Origin: Eledone cirrhosa
Lineage: Eukaryota
DNA length: 64,000 nt
Assembly: GCA_964016885.1 (NCBI GenBank)
Contig: OZ024742.1
Coordinates: forward strand, 49,290,001-49,354,000
Direction: 5' to 3'
Of the stretch, positions 40,397 to 54,685 are shown in pieces. The position numbers were made by a program, and so were the translations under genes. The stretch's first letter is position 1; each line of letters begins with the position of its first letter. Below the pieces are notes generated by a model. The model did no database searches. It was given only the letters and a program-made list of their open reading frames with translations, and had not been told where the DNA came from.

Positions 40397-40930
40397 CAAA
40401 TATATATACATACACAAACTGAAATGTTCTTGCTAATATTTAGTTGCTAGCAAAGGTGTGGGTGTGTGCATGTGTCTTTTATAGCAGTTATCTATATGTC
40501 TGTTTAATCTCAAGATAAATAATTTAAAAATAATAAAAATAAAAAAAAACCAAAAAGCAAACAAACGAAATACATTGTATCTTATGATACAAATACATCT
40601 CTGAATCACTCTAACTAACAGGATGACAAACCTCCATATAAATTACTGAGAATTTCCTCTTTTGCTCTTTCCCTTTAATTGATGAAGGGTTTCCAGATTA
40701 CTATTTGACACTTATTTCACATCAGCAACACAACTATTAAGAGCCAACCATTGTTTCTGTGAAAGAAAATGTGACAAGTGGTCTCAGAAAATTTGCCAGT
40801 ATATTTATTTATGTAACTAGTTGTATTTCTATTGATAGAATGAGGACTATTTCTATGTGCTTATAGGCCTGCTTTGTTTAGCAGCTCCACTTTCTCTACT
40901 CTTATCTGTCTCACATATAAATATATATGT

Positions 40931-40983
<53 letters not shown>

Positions 40984-40993
40984 TATATAAATG

Positions 40994-41070
<77 letters not shown>

Positions 41071-41420
41071 CCCATGCTAGCATAGAAGATAGACGTTAAA
41101 CGATGATGATGATGATGATGATGATATATATATATATATATGTATTTGGCAATATCACTAACACAGAATTTAAACATAATGTAAGTGTTTATGGAAACAT
41201 ATATTATACATTTATATGCAATAAACATATAGGTAGCCTCGCTGCCAAGGAATAATATATTTTCTGTATCGAAAACATTTTATGTTTCACTATTTTTCTC
41301 TGTGAATATATGACAGGGGTACCAGTATGATTTTAGAATGTCACAGAGCATTGTTTTAATTTTTAATACTCTTTCATGATTGAACCTGTTGTGGCATATA
41401 TATATATGTATATATATATA

Positions 41421-42353
41421 TATTGTTATACTTGGGGAGGGTCATATTTGTGTAATATTGCCAGAATTAATAACAGAACACACTCACTGTTTGGTTGGTT
41501 TTCGCTTTTCGCTTCTGTGTCTTTTATATCGGTAATCTAATTTATTCAGTCCTCAATGTTGCCATTGACTGACCAATGGTCAAAAATAATACAGATACAA
41601 TATAGACACAAACACATATATATAGTTTATCAAAGTTCTTTCGTTGCACATCTGCAACATCGTCAGTGGTGTTATTGTTTCCTCCCATTGGATTGTATTT
41701 TCTACGTCATCTTTATTTAGTCTGTTTATATATTTATTTATTTGTTTATTTTTTTGTCTTCTTTGCGCATGTGTTTGTGTGTGTGTAGTGTTTTGTTTGA
41801 TGTGTGTTCGTGATTGGGTGACTGTGTATTGGTTAATGTATTCTATCTTTACTAGACTAGTGTGTGTTTATATGTGTTTGTTGTTATTGTGCTTATGTAT
41901 GTATTTATTTATTTATCTATTTATTTATTTATGTATACTTCTCTTAGGTCAGTGTTGTTTGTTTGGGTGTTGTTGTTATTCCATTCATTTTTTCTCTTTA
42001 GCCTTGGCCTTCTAAGTTCTATTTCACTGGCCTTTCTGATTTGCCTATCTGCTGGGTCATTTCTCTGTTTAGATATTATTCTAATTTCTATGTTGTCTAT
42101 GTTACCGTCGTGTTGTTGTCTGGTATGTTCGTATGTTCGTATAGTACTGAACCGTTTTTTCATCCTTTTATTCCCCCCAGTGTTGGTCTATCCTTTCACC
42201 TATGCTATGAGCTGTCTCGCCTATGTATGTTGTTGTCATGTTTCTGTATGTTCTGTTATTAATTCTGGCAATATTACACAAATATGACCCTCCCCAAGTA
42301 TAACAATATTTGTTTCGACACATGATTTCATATAAAAAAAACTCGCAAAACTA
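41421..42353 (-). mobile_element. 5'-truncated Penelope-like element: inverted tail copy, GIY-YIG remnant, 3' UTR and HHR
   Basis: 41421-41480 is the reverse complement of 42249-42309. HHR core at 41626-41674 (minus). GIY-YIG remnant inside. (TA)n flanks. Confidence 0.88.
41975..42250 (-). pseudogene. GIY-YIG endonuclease C-terminal half, disrupted
   Basis: TYIGETAHSIGERIDQHWGE* / SVLYEHTRQQHDG...IEIRIISKQRNDPADRQIRKASEIELRRPRLKRKNEW. Broken by a stop and an 8-bp duplication (TACGAACA). Confidence 0.82.
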
Positions 42354-42365
42354 TATATATATATG

Positions 42366-42455
<90 letters not shown>

Positions 42456-43811
42456 TGTATGTATGTATGTATGTATGCATGCATGTATGTATGTGTGTTT
42501 GTATAAATACACACATATATATGTAAACATACACACACATTTGTTAGTGCATAAACTCTGGGTTCATGCACTAACCAATGTACTGTAATTGTAGTATGCC
42601 TTATGTACTATTAGCACAGTTTATATATATATTCTGAATTAATAATATCATGTATCATTTGCATTAAAAAACCCTCACACTTTTGTTTTCTGTTTATTTT
42701 TATTTTTTAAGAAATATCCAATCATCTATTCTCCAATATATTGGTATACTTGTATTTTGTGCGATATTCTCTCTATTCAGACATATAACATATATGTAAA
42801 ACGCAATATCATCTTACTTTGACTACCATTTAATCCAATGTTGTAATGGTATTCAATTTATTCTGGAGGCGTCAAAGTCAATGTCGATCCTAGCAGCATT
42901 TTGTATCCAGAATGTCTAATCCATTTGTTAGATATTCAATCTAAGCTGCCACAATATTGCTGAGTCATTCTTATTATATCTATAGATATTCCAACCCTCT
43001 CTATCTCATTTGCTTGCTCCATGTTTGCACACTTCGTTTCAATTCAATTTATGTATTCCAAATCGGCTGTGAGGGTTAAACTAGCTATTTTGTTTGTTTA
43101 TATTTTTGTACCATTCCATGACTAGAATTGGATTTTCATATCTTTCAAACAATCAAACACACTACTTGATTATGTAAAGTAATTCCAGAAAGCTGGATAT
43201 ATAACTGCCACATGATAATCATTTGCTCAGCATGTTCCATGCTTGACATAAGCCATTGAGGTAACTTCAATACTCTCATTTAACCTGCTAAAAATAGTGG
43301 TTGAATATCCCTTAAATCTTACACTGTCAAAAATAAAAAAAATAAGGAAGAAGTACATGTTAGATAATGTAATCCTATATATACTTCGCTTGGAAATAAG
43401 AAATGATAGGATCATGAAAATTTGAATATACTTGATATATTTGCTGGTTTGCTGAATCAAGTCTAGCATGGGGTTAAGCAACAACAAGAATAACAATAGG
43501 ATAATCATTGATTTTAGAATGTGGTGGATTGGCAAAGATATTAGTGTGGCAGAGTGTTTGAGTTATTTGTGCAGATCCTGCTGATGTCAACTTTGTCTTT
43601 CATCCTTTCCGGATTGATCAGTAAAGTATCAGTCCAGTAACGAGCTCGACTCTTTCTCTGGAAGAAAGTGGCTATGTTCCCACCTGGAGAAGGATGGGCT
43701 TTCCAGGTTTAAAGTGCTCAAGACATTATTTGTGTCAAAATAGTTCTCCAACAACTCCATCAAGAGTTAAAAGAACTTTACCTACCTAATCATTAATCAT
43801 TAAATTTAGCA

Positions 43812-43995
43812 GAATTGGCAGTATCGGTAGAGGGTCGGACGCCATGCTTTGACGCTTAGAGTTACGGCCCTTGCCATTCTGAGTTCAAATCCTGCTGAGG
43901 TTAACTTTGTCTTTCATCCTTACGGGGTCGATAAAATAAAGTACCAGTAATGCACTGGTTAATTGCTGGCCTTGTGCCAAAAGTAGAAACAATTA
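43812..43995 (+). mobile_element. S2 Nin-domain tRNA-SINE with probable target duplication
   Basis: Same consensus as 39055. TTAAATTTAGCAGAATTG occurs on both flanks. Confidence 0.88.
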
Positions 43996-45884
43996 AATTT
44001 AGCAGAATTGAGAGGTTGTATTGATAGAAGTGATAAGGATATAATTGTAGTGGGTAGGTAGCTGTGTCTGTGACCTGATTTTAATTCTTAGTTATAGCTA
44101 TTTTACTTCAAATGCATTGATATTGCTCTTGAGAAAGTCTTGAATATCAAGCAATTTAATTGCCCATTTCTTATAAATCTGAGGTTTATTTATAAGAAAT
44201 CAATAGTTCAACTTTGTATACTGCTTGCTTTTATTAAATCAATGCCTGGAAAGTTGACAAGTAATGTTGTCACTGAGAACATTTTCAACTACAGTCTCGT
44301 CAGATGTTAAAAATAGCAGTTAAATTTAACTGAAATCACATCTTACTGTCTTGGAAAGGAAGGATATATTGAATATTGTAGTTCTACATACACTTTGTAC
44401 AGGTAGTCATGATATTAGATATGAAAGACAGGGAGACATAAGAACTAAAATGGTGCTGATAGGTTTTGGGAATTATTTCATAGCAATTGGTTGGATCAGG
44501 GCTGACTTGAAGAGAAACAACAGTATACAGAAGTAGTGATATTTCTAATTTTAGATAACATAAATCATATATTTCATTCATTCTCCACCTTGTGCACCAT
44601 AAAATAAGTGTTTATAACTGTTACACAATCATACATTTAATTAATGTATGTTGTGACAAAAGTGGTTTTGAATATAGAAAAATGATAAAGCAGTGAATTG
44701 GCAGAATCATTAAAATGTTGGATCGAATGCTTAGCAATATTCATTTTGGATCTGTTAGTTTAAGTTCTACGTAGGCTAATTTTGCCCTTCATCCTTTCAA
44801 GGTGGATAAAAAAAAGGAACAGGCCAGTACTGCAGTTGATGTTTCATCTATCTCTCTTTCTCTCTATCCTCCCCCTTTCAGTAAGAATGCAGCTGTATTT
44901 AGACTGTGAAAGGAGATGGGCTTCTGCAGATTTAATGTGTATAAGCACCATACATTGTAATGGTACCCCTATGTCTCAATCAGGAGTTATAGGTACATAC
45001 ATACAGAGAAAGTATTAGTACTGGTAGTCATGATACTGGCTATAAAAGTTATGGTGAAAGATATAATGGGAGATAATAATCAAGATGGTACTGATAGATT
45101 TGTGGAAATGTTTAATTGCATCTAAATCATATTTATCTTTTGCTTTCAATCTTTAAAGAAAATTAAATGAGTAAACTGGAGCAGAAAAAAGATGATTAAA
45201 AACTAAAAATAAACAAATGTTTACTTTAGCTAAGCAAAATTCTTCTTAACAGACTTATTTAGATGTATTTTGTTGAAGTATCTTCGACTATAACATTATT
45301 AATCTGTTTAACTGTGTTTTTCTTTTTATTCTATAACCTTCTTGACTTGAAAGGTTATCACCTAAACTAGTTCTTTCTTCCACTCTCTGTACCTAATATT
45401 GCCATAAACAGCTTATGAGATCGTCTTTCCACTTTTGATATTGGTTTTTCATTAGTTTTACTACTTATCTTGTTAACAAGTAACATTGATTTTTACCTTC
45501 TTTGGGTTGTTTATTTGTTCGTTTCTATCTTTCGATTTTAGTTCTGCCTCTGATCATTTACTTCCTTGTTGAATAATCTAAGTGTTATTTAGCCTCTTGT
45601 AATTTCACTTAATTTATTATTAACACCATTAACGTTTGTGTTATCAATGGTTTTGTTAGGTAATCACTGATGTTAGAAATAGGGAAAAATAAACCACAAT
45701 TACCACAACAACAACAACAAAAATCAACAAACAAAAAATACTACCTTATTTCTTCTCACCCTTGATGTTAGTTTTAACGAAGTTGTCAAGTGATCACATA
45801 GATTTCCTTGGCTTTGATGTTTTCTTAATTTGTGAATGGTTTCAAATTTATCATTTTGTTATCATTTGATAAATTTTCCTGTTA

Positions 45885-46080
45885 GGTTTATAGAATTTCT
45901 TCTATTTTCTTCTGAGGTTTTGTTTTAGGTAAGTTATAGAATGAATTATATACTTCCGTTCTCTTTATCATTCCGTTATAATTTGGTACATTTTCCTGAT
46001 ATATCTATAGAATTTCTCTCAGTTTCTTCAGAGGCTTTGTTTTAGCTAAGTTATAGATGGAATTATATACTTCCATTCTA
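45885..46080. repeat. About 118-bp direct duplication
   Basis: TATAGAATTTCTCTC.....TCTTC.GAGG.TTTGTTTTAG.TAAGTTATAGA...AATTATATACTTCC occurs twice. Confidence 0.8.
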
Positions 46081-47386
46081 TTTCTTTCTTTTTCTAGTTT
46101 ACTCTTTCATATGTATTTCGTTTTTTTTTGTCATTGAAGATTGGTTTACTTTATCGGCTAAAACAGTGATGAAATTATCTCTAAAATTAGAGGAGACAAT
46201 AATATCACTATATATTTGTTATTGTGTCATGTTTGATTACAGATATTGATGACTATATATCTGCAGGCAATTCCTTTGTGTGTGTCTAAAGACAACAATA
46301 TAGCAAGTAATGGTGGGGAATATACAATGAGAATCTTCTTTCCAAAGAACTTTTTTCTTTGTAACAAACATGACTACATATTATTTTAGCATCTCAAAAT
46401 TGTGTTAGAGGAGAATATGAAATTTAGTCAATATTTATACTGAATATGAGGAACTTATCAAACATTATTATTATGAAATAAAAATCTAAGGTGGTGGATT
46501 GACAGAGTTGTTAGAGTGTCGGACATATGTTTTCCGTATTTGTTTTGGTCTACCCATGCTAGCATGGAGAATGGATGTTAAACAATGATGATGAGGAATC
46601 TGAGTTTAGATCCTTGTCAAGGTCAATTCTGCCTTTCACACACATTCAAGAGAGAATAAAGTACCAGTAATACATTGGAGAACATTTAATGGACTTGCAT
46701 TTCTCCCAAATTGTTTGCCTTGTGTTTAAATAAGAAAGCATCATTATTATTATTATGTATTACATAAAACTGAACTGTTCTTATACTGTGTGATCAACTG
46801 TTAAGATCGATTACTTAAATTTGCTTTCCTAATTGTATTAAATATTAAAGCAAGCAACATATAATATCTATTATTAAAAGGTCTGTTTTAAGTTCTAAAG
46901 ACTTTTGCATCCCTTTTGCTAAGCCTTCATGTATGTAGAATAGTTCATTTGATGCAGCAATTTGTTTTCACAGTTGGATTCTCATCCTAGTGCAAACCAT
47001 TCAACCATGAAATAGCAATGGAGCCTGCATTCTTGTACAGACAGGCAATTTGGAGCAAACAGAGTTACTTGCCTTGCTCAGGAGCACAGCATAAGGACAA
47101 TAGAAACATTCTGATTAAAGTTAGAAAAATATGTTTTTGTATTTCCTTTCTCCCTGATGAAAAGCTTATGGTTAATTTGTTTCAATTGATGACAACATTG
47201 TGCTGACACCGACATGGCTGTGTGGCTAAGAAATTTGCTTCATGATTGCATAGTTTCTGGCTCAGTCCAACTACATTGCCCCGTGAGCAAGTGTCTTGTT
47301 CTTCTGTAGTTTAATCAATGCTTTATGAGTAGAATTTGGTAAGCAGATAGAGTACAGAGACTTGTCATAAATATATATATATATTT

Positions 47387-47754
47387 TCATTCATGTCATT
47401 TCATTTTTACGTCCGCTTTTCCATGATTGCAAAGGTGGGACGGGAACTGATTCTGGCTTGATTTCTACAACTGGATGCCCTTCCTAACACCAACTTCATT
47501 TACAGTGAGTGCTGGGTGTTTTTTTTTCCGTGGCGCCTACACGTCCACTTTACAGTGTGGGCTGGGTGGTTTTTTGCCGTGGCACCTCCACGACCAATTT
47601 GCAGTGGAATGATAGGGACAGGGGTCCCTATCATCTCATTTCTACAGTGGAGTGAACTGGAGCAATGTGAAATAAAGTGTCTTGCTCAAGGAAAGAACAC
47701 ATCACCCAGTCTGAGAATTGAACTCACAACCTTTCGATTGCAAGGCATGTGCCT

Positions 47755-47756
<2 letters not shown>
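47387..47756 (-). mobile_element. S1 SINE (A-box region deleted)
   Basis: Collinear with 48809-49213. Confidence 0.87.
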
Positions 47757-47809
<53 letters not shown>

Positions 47810-47820
47810 GTGTGTGTGTG

Positions 47821-48266
47821 TGTACAGATTAAAGTTTAAGCAAAGAATCGTCTCTTTCACCCTTTTACGGGATCTTCTGAAAGAGAAAAAATCAATCTGT
47901 ATACACACAAGTAAATATTTAAAAAAAAAGTAAACAACCGAAGGAAAACAGGAAGACGATATGTTGGTTCATGAAGACATTTTCTGGCAATGGAAGAAAA
48001 ATATTTAAGCATAATTTCGTCCATCGCCAGAGAATGTCTTCACGAACCAACATAACATCTTCCTGTTTTCCTTCAGTTGTAACGTTTTTTTAAAATATTT
48101 ACTTCTGCATCTACAGAGTGATTTTTCTCAGTTTCAGAAGATCCCATAATCTTTGCTTAAACTTTAATCTGTACATATAATACATATTTACTTTACAGGT
48201 TTTTTAGATATATATTTTATGTATATATAATCCTTATCGAGCCCTCTTCGGATTTTAGTGTTCACT
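47821..48266. mobile_element. About 355-bp fold-back element of the CAGAAGA-core family plus tail
   Basis: 47821-48175 is an imperfect palindrome. Tail 48176-48266 is homologous to 62530-62620 (minus). Confidence 0.78.
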
Positions 48267-48666
48267 TTTATTATTATTATATAAATATAAATTTACATAA
48301 GTATAGATATATATAAAGATGTCCAACCGATACCAAGTTTTGCTCTATGAAAGAAAAAACAGTAAAAAAATCTTCTTATCATATTTACTTTTCCCAGATA
48401 TGATTGTATATATATATATATTTATATACTCATCCATTCATATATCTTTATATATATATAAACATATATCTCTCCTCCTATCTCATCCTTCCTCATTATA
48501 CTCCTCCCCCTCAACTTTTTACTCTCATCTCCTCCTCTTTTTCACCCCCCCCCCCTCAACATTTTGTTTCCCCCAATATCACACATCAATCTAAAACTAC
48601 TTTTCATATGTTGATTTAAAACTGCACTATCCACAAGTGTTTTTTAACCTTCATATCATGTCTTCC

Positions 48667-48737
48667 TATTTTATCTGATGAAAACACAAATGTTATTGCA
48701 TGATGATATTTGTTTTTGAAATGCGCATAATAAAATA
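48667..48737 (+). ncRNA. Type I hammerhead ribozyme, intact core
   Basis: tattttat-CTGATGA-aaacacaaatgttat-tgcatg-atgatatttgttttt-GAAATGCGCATA-ataaaata. 15-bp stem II with one mismatch, palindrome ATGCGCAT. Confidence 0.87.
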
Positions 48738-48808
48738 CATGGAACTCTTTTAACCATCTTTTGATCTTATATATTAAACATATATATATATATATATATA
48801 ATAATATA

Positions 48809-49213
48809 TCATCATCATCATTTCATCATTTCAATTTACGTCCGCTTTTTCCCTGCTTGCAAGGGTGGGACGGGAACTGATTCTCGGTTGATTTCTACAA
48901 CTGGATGCCCTTCCTAACACCAACCTCATTTACAGTGAATGCTGGGTGTTTTTTTTTCCGTGGCGCCTACACGTCCACTTTACAGTGTGGGCTGGGTGGT
49001 TTTTTTTTTTTTGCCGTGGCACCTCCACGACCACTTTGCAGTGGAATGATAGGGACCCTAGTCCTATCATCTCATTTCTACAGCTGAGTAAACTGGAGCA
49101 ATGTGAAATAAAGTGTCTTGCTCAAGGACACAACACATCACCCGGTCTGAGAATTGAACTCACAACCTTTCGATTGTAAGGCCAATGCTCTTACCACTAA
49201 GCCACATGCCTCC
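48809..49213 (-). mobile_element. S1 SINE, full length
   Basis: Head GGAGGCATGTGGCTTAGTGG..GAGTTCAATTC, CORE-like block, ~45-bp internal repeats, RTE tail. Confidence 0.9.
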
Positions 49214-49286
49214 ATATATATATATATATGTATATGTATATATATATATATGTATGTATATGTATATATGTATATGTATATATATA

Positions 49287-49657
49287 CCTACAGTCAGTAG
49301 GCACCTCTAACAAAATACACCCCGTCCCACTACCTCCACCCCATCCACACCACCCCCTTAAATGTGAAGTTATGTTGGTACCACAACATCCAGTCCGAAA
49401 CAAATGAGGTCGTGTAGGTGTCACGACAAAAAAAACACAGTCCACGCTGTAATGTGGCCATGTAGGTAACACGGTAAAAACCTCCCAGTCCACACTGTAA
49501 ATGTGGTTGGTGTTAGGAAGGGCATCCAGCCGTAGAAAACCCGCCAGACAGTCCTATACGAGCAGGACAACCAATCTTGCCTCAAGTGGGAAGACTCCCG
49601 TCCAAACCCATGCAAGCGTGGAAGATGGACGTTAAACGATGATGATGATGATGATGA

Positions 49658-49660
<3 letters not shown>
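49287..49660 (+). mobile_element. S4 RTE-tailed element
   Basis: Homologous to 13388-13770, with a (GAT)n tail running into (TA)n. Confidence 0.82.
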
Positions 49661-49693
<33 letters not shown>

Positions 49694-50814
49694 CTTGAAA
49701 TTAAATAATCACTGGTGTCAATATGATCAACTAAATCATAACATTGGCCTACCCTTGTGAATGCAACAAGGAATATATATATATATGGTGGGGTCTATGT
49801 GTGTGTACATGAGTCTATGTTTTAATACTTATAGTTATAGAGATAGTTATTCTCTGATGGGGGGCACAAAAATGTCTAAAATGCATGAGAATATAATTTC
49901 TAAGTTTTTTCTGTGTACAGAAGAATATTTCATATGCTTTACTCTTCAAATGTTATTCATTACACCAGTAAGCATGATCATTGAGAAACCATAGTCATAT
50001 CTAATTTAGATTTCCTTTAAAATCTTCAAATAATTGCTGTGATCTAGTTTAAATATTTATTATTTGATTATTTAATAATGTCACCAAATATAGTACTTCA
50101 ATAAATAATCATTGTTAAAATAAGCACCAGATGTGTGCATGACTGCTTTAAAACCCTCAATCTTCTTATCAGACCGATGTCTGATGGCAGCCACATACAC
50201 CTAATTGATCCAAAATTGATGCACCTAAAGCATCCTGGAATCCCTACAACATTACACTAAACTTTACTGCAGCTGCCATGGAGGTGTGTGTATCTATTTT
50301 AATCACATAATTATTATGACCTTCATACTCACTAAATACAATTGTATTACAATATAAGTATGCCTTAGCCCAAAGCTTTATTGTACAGCATTCTAAGAAT
50401 GACCAGAAGTATCTGTTATCTCTTAGTGTAAGGTTAACATATTTTCATAGTATTTGAAAGATACTGAATTTCAATTCCTTGTACATACCTCTGTCAACTT
50501 TCCTCTGTATCTAAGGGTAATTTACCCAATTTTACCACTTATTATCAATAGGAATTGACTTTTATTGCAGTTATTTTCTGCATTTGGGACTTTTACATTT
50601 TCAAATAACATATCAGTATCAATTTTGCATGAATTGAACTGCATGCATCACTACATCTCATTTGTTAGGTTGGGTTGATATAAAATTAACTCACATTCAA
50701 GTCATTCCTATGTATATCTCATATCAGATGTATGGAGCGCACCTTATTTCTCCCAACAAATATGTCTAATTTAGTTATTAATATTCAGGTGTCATTTCTC
50801 TGTGTTTGCACATG

Positions 50815-50851
<37 letters not shown>

Positions 50852-50953
50852 AACAATTGAAGATATTCTAATTCTGTGCTGTATACATGTTTATACAGAT
50901 TTCAAGAGAAAAATCTTTCACATATGCATGCATACACATACACACACACTCTG

Positions 50954-50998
<45 letters not shown>

Positions 50999-51341
50999 TA
51001 TACTCACTCATATATATATATATATAAATATACACACACATATACATATTCACACAGACACATTAACATTCATATAAGTTTCTACAGTTAAAGGTATTTG
51101 TTAAGTAGAAAATATACACAAAATGTATTCTAGTGTAGTTAATTACTGCTTTCCTAACAGATTGATTTTCACTTAATGGTATTGCCACAGCTTTGCAGGT
51201 AATAAATGCCAGGACCTCTTAAATATGATAAAACATAAACAAGTAATGAAACACTCTCTCATAAATTCTTTATTCTACTCATTCAAAACACACCTCGTTT
51301 TTGTTATTAGATCTAAATCATGTTTGCTTTGTAAAATTTAA

Positions 51342-51600
51342 ACCTTTCGTTAGCATATTTGTGCTGAAATACATTGCCAATATGTTTCAATTAATTTGGA
51401 AAATAATCCATTGTTTTTCAATTCATCTAAAACCTTGCCATGATAATTTTATGGGAGGACCCTCATGTGCAATGTTCCAAACACCAGCTTAATAAAAAGA
51501 GTTAGTTATATTATTAAATTCCTCTACATTATATATAACTGTCAAAACTAATAGAACATTTTATGCAATGTTTTTCATTAGAAATATGATAATGAAAGGT
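51342..51600. mobile_element. piggyBac-type MITE
   Basis: TTAA on both sides, with imperfect TIRs ACCTTTCGTTAGCATATTT / AAATATGATAATGAAAGGT. Relatives near 18050-18290, 19675 and 57450. Confidence 0.6.
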
Positions 51601-53292
51601 TTAATCAAACTAACCTAACTCAGTTACTTTTAAACTGGAATTTACCAAGATCTACACTGACAGTGCTCGCTTCCTTTCCTCTCAGACAGATGAATAAAAC
51701 AAATAATGCTATGAATATGAGCAGTTTTATATCAGACTTGTTTATATTACCTTCTTATCAGTCTGAACTATTGCTTTATTATTCTGACTTTCACATTGAT
51801 TTTCACTACACAGCAGCAAGCACACCTATACAGCACTTGGATGTCTGCATACTTCTCACTACCTTCAGGCAATGTAGCTGATATATTGATAAGTGAATCA
51901 GTGTATGCATATATATCTATCCTCAAACAAATCTGTTTTCTTACTAAAATACTCAACTACAACTATGATTTTTCTTCCTTTCTTTTGTCTTCTTCTTGCT
52001 TACGTTTTCTTTTTACTTTTTTTTTCTTTTCCTCCTCTTTACCTTCTCGATTGCTTCCATTCTTACATTGTTAATTTGATTTGTGATGTCTCTGTGTTAC
52101 TTCTTCCATTTAATATTTGTCTTGCCTGATGTACATAGATTATGAATTGATGGTGACATCAGTAACATTTTGAAAACTATCTACATATCAACTGGTCACT
52201 TTGTAGCAGCAACTGTCATCCAAATATTAGTTTGAAATATTAATGGTATCCTGTATTTCACTGTATTTAAAGAACCCTGCAAAATTGAATATACTAAAGC
52301 TTCACTACTCTATAGGTTGTCTTTGCTTTTACATTTATCTTCACCTTCAAGTATATAAACAAAAGCCAACAGGTATATATATATACATATTCACATGTAC
52401 ATCCACATGTACATTCACTCTCATTTAGCTCTACACATGATGATGATGATAATGAAGAGAAGGAGGAAGTGGAAGATGAGGAATGAGGAAGTGAAGGAGG
52501 AAGATGACAGTAATGGAATAGCATGTCAATGCTCTGTTGGGACATTAAAACATTGTATTCATTTATCATAGTAATCTATTTTGCTTTGATCTTGTCTGTG
52601 ATTTTACAACAGATTACCACTAAGAACTTTTAAAGATTTTGTTTCCAGTGTCTTATCTGTTCAGAAACTTTGAGTGTGTTTGTTTCTGTAAGTGTGTACT
52701 GCACGTGTGTGTATGCATGAGTTTGTGTAGGATGGGGGGGGGGGGGGGGCGGAGGGAATGAACAAAACATATAACAGCTGATAAATCATATACCATTAGT
52801 TGACAGATTGGATACTGAAGAGATATGCAATAGAGGTTAGCTATAGAAACATGGGTGAAAATATTGCAGTGATGATGATGATAAAAAGATTGACTGACAC
52901 TACAGCATTATTCATGTGTTGTTGCATATGTATGAATGTGTGTGCTGTTGTGTATGTGTATGTGTGTGTGCTATTGTGTTTACACCCAGTTTAGGTCTGA
53001 TTGAGCTGAGTTATGATTGAATTTGATCTAGCCATAAACATCCTGTCTTTTATTCAGACAGTTAAACTTATATGTTAAGCAATGTAACCATTCTTTTAAT
53101 ATGGTAAGGTGTGATTTAAGAGAGATTTGGTAGATCAAGGGAAAATGGATTAATTGTGTAAGTGTATTTCTGTTTCCTTGTATTATTTAAAACAGAACAA
53201 ATATTTTGATACACAAAAAATTGCAAAAAGATTCATGTTTCAAAATTGATAATAAAATTGGAAAGACAAACTGACAGTTCAAACACTATCAA

Positions 53293-53342
<50 letters not shown>

Positions 53343-53343
<1 letters not shown>

Positions 53344-54227
53344 TGTATATATATATATAAAACTGAGGATGTCTGTCTGTGTGTGTGTGAGTTTGAATCC
53401 CTAAAACTCGAGAACCACCCAACCGACTGTTTTCAAACATGTAATAGTTATGTTTCAGGGAGTGTTCTGAGTAAAAGAAATTTCAAATGTTCAATGCCCT
53501 AGGGACCACATTAGGCGATTTAGCGATCTCTCTCTATAATACTTAGTCTTTCTCTTTTTAGATTCATACACACATATAACGTCGGGCCCTTATAATATCT
53601 GTCTGTATGTCTGGCTGTCTGCATTACGTCACTTCCCTGAGGATGTGTGTGTGTGTGTGTGTGTGTGAGTTTAAATCCCTAAAACTCGAGAAGTACCCAA
53701 CCGATTTTTTCAAACTTTACATGTGTATTACTTATGTGTATTACTCCTAGGGCCCGCATTAGGTGAAAAACTGCATTTTAAAAGTTTTTAGGTTTTTTTT
53801 TAGGCGTTACGTCAGACCGATTTCCTTGAAATTGTAACTATGTATTAGATAGTCTCTTCTTCATACCGTGAGCAAAGAAAATCCAAATTCTTATGGCCTA
53901 GGGTCTGCGTTAGGTGAAAAACTTCATTTTTTCAGCTTTTTAGGGCTTTTTCGAGGCGTTACATCTAGTCGATTTTTCCCGAAATTTCAAGGCATATTAT
54001 ACACATAAAAAAAATGTATTTTCTTGATCCCCTAGTGCCCGCATTAGATGAAAACCTGCATTTTTCCTGCTTTATCAAGGAAAATCTTAAAGATTATTCA
54101 GCCATCAGAGTATTTGGTTTATTTTCTTTACATATTGTCCAGGCATGCGGCTTTTCCACGATTAGGTCTGTTGGCGGACCGCATTTCAAAATGCCTTATC
54201 CCGTGCAACGCCGGGTACTACTGCTAG
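53343..54227 (+). mobile_element. Non-autonomous Helitron, apparently complete
   Basis: 5' TATATAAAACTGAGGATGTCTGTCTG; 3' hairpin CCCGTGCAACGCCGGG then CTAG|T. Internal partial repeats. Inserted in (TA)n. Confidence 0.82.
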
Positions 54228-54317
54228 TATATATATATAAATGTGTGTGTGTGTATATATGTATATATATATATTATATAGCATCATAAAATCAGAGGAT
54301 GTGTGAAGGCTTGAAAA

Positions 54318-54685
54318 AATGAAACAAGCATGATTCAATGGATGTGGGATGTTAGCATGCAAGAATGGTGAAGCATGGATGAGCTGAGAGAGTGGCTAAT
54401 TTTAAGAGGAATCAAATGTAGTGTGGAAGAGAGAAGACTTCTGCTATAGCCATGTTATGTGCATTGAGAATGATTGTTGTGGGAGGAAATTCCAGGAACA
54501 CCAGGTGGAAGGTTGTTGCTGTGAGAGAAGGCCAGGACTGGTGAGAGTGGACGTCAAAATACTGAGCCTCACAGAGAATATGACAAAGGAATGTGTTGAA
54601 TGAAGGGAAGGAATGCTGGGAATGATCCAGCAAACCATTGCATGTATGGAGAAATAGATGTAAAAACATAAGAATACAAGGATGA
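54318..54685 (+). mobile_element. Old, degenerate RTE LINE 3' fragment
   Basis: NETSMIQWM..SMDELRE..RGIKCSVEERRL aligns with 32510-32870. Confidence 0.7.
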
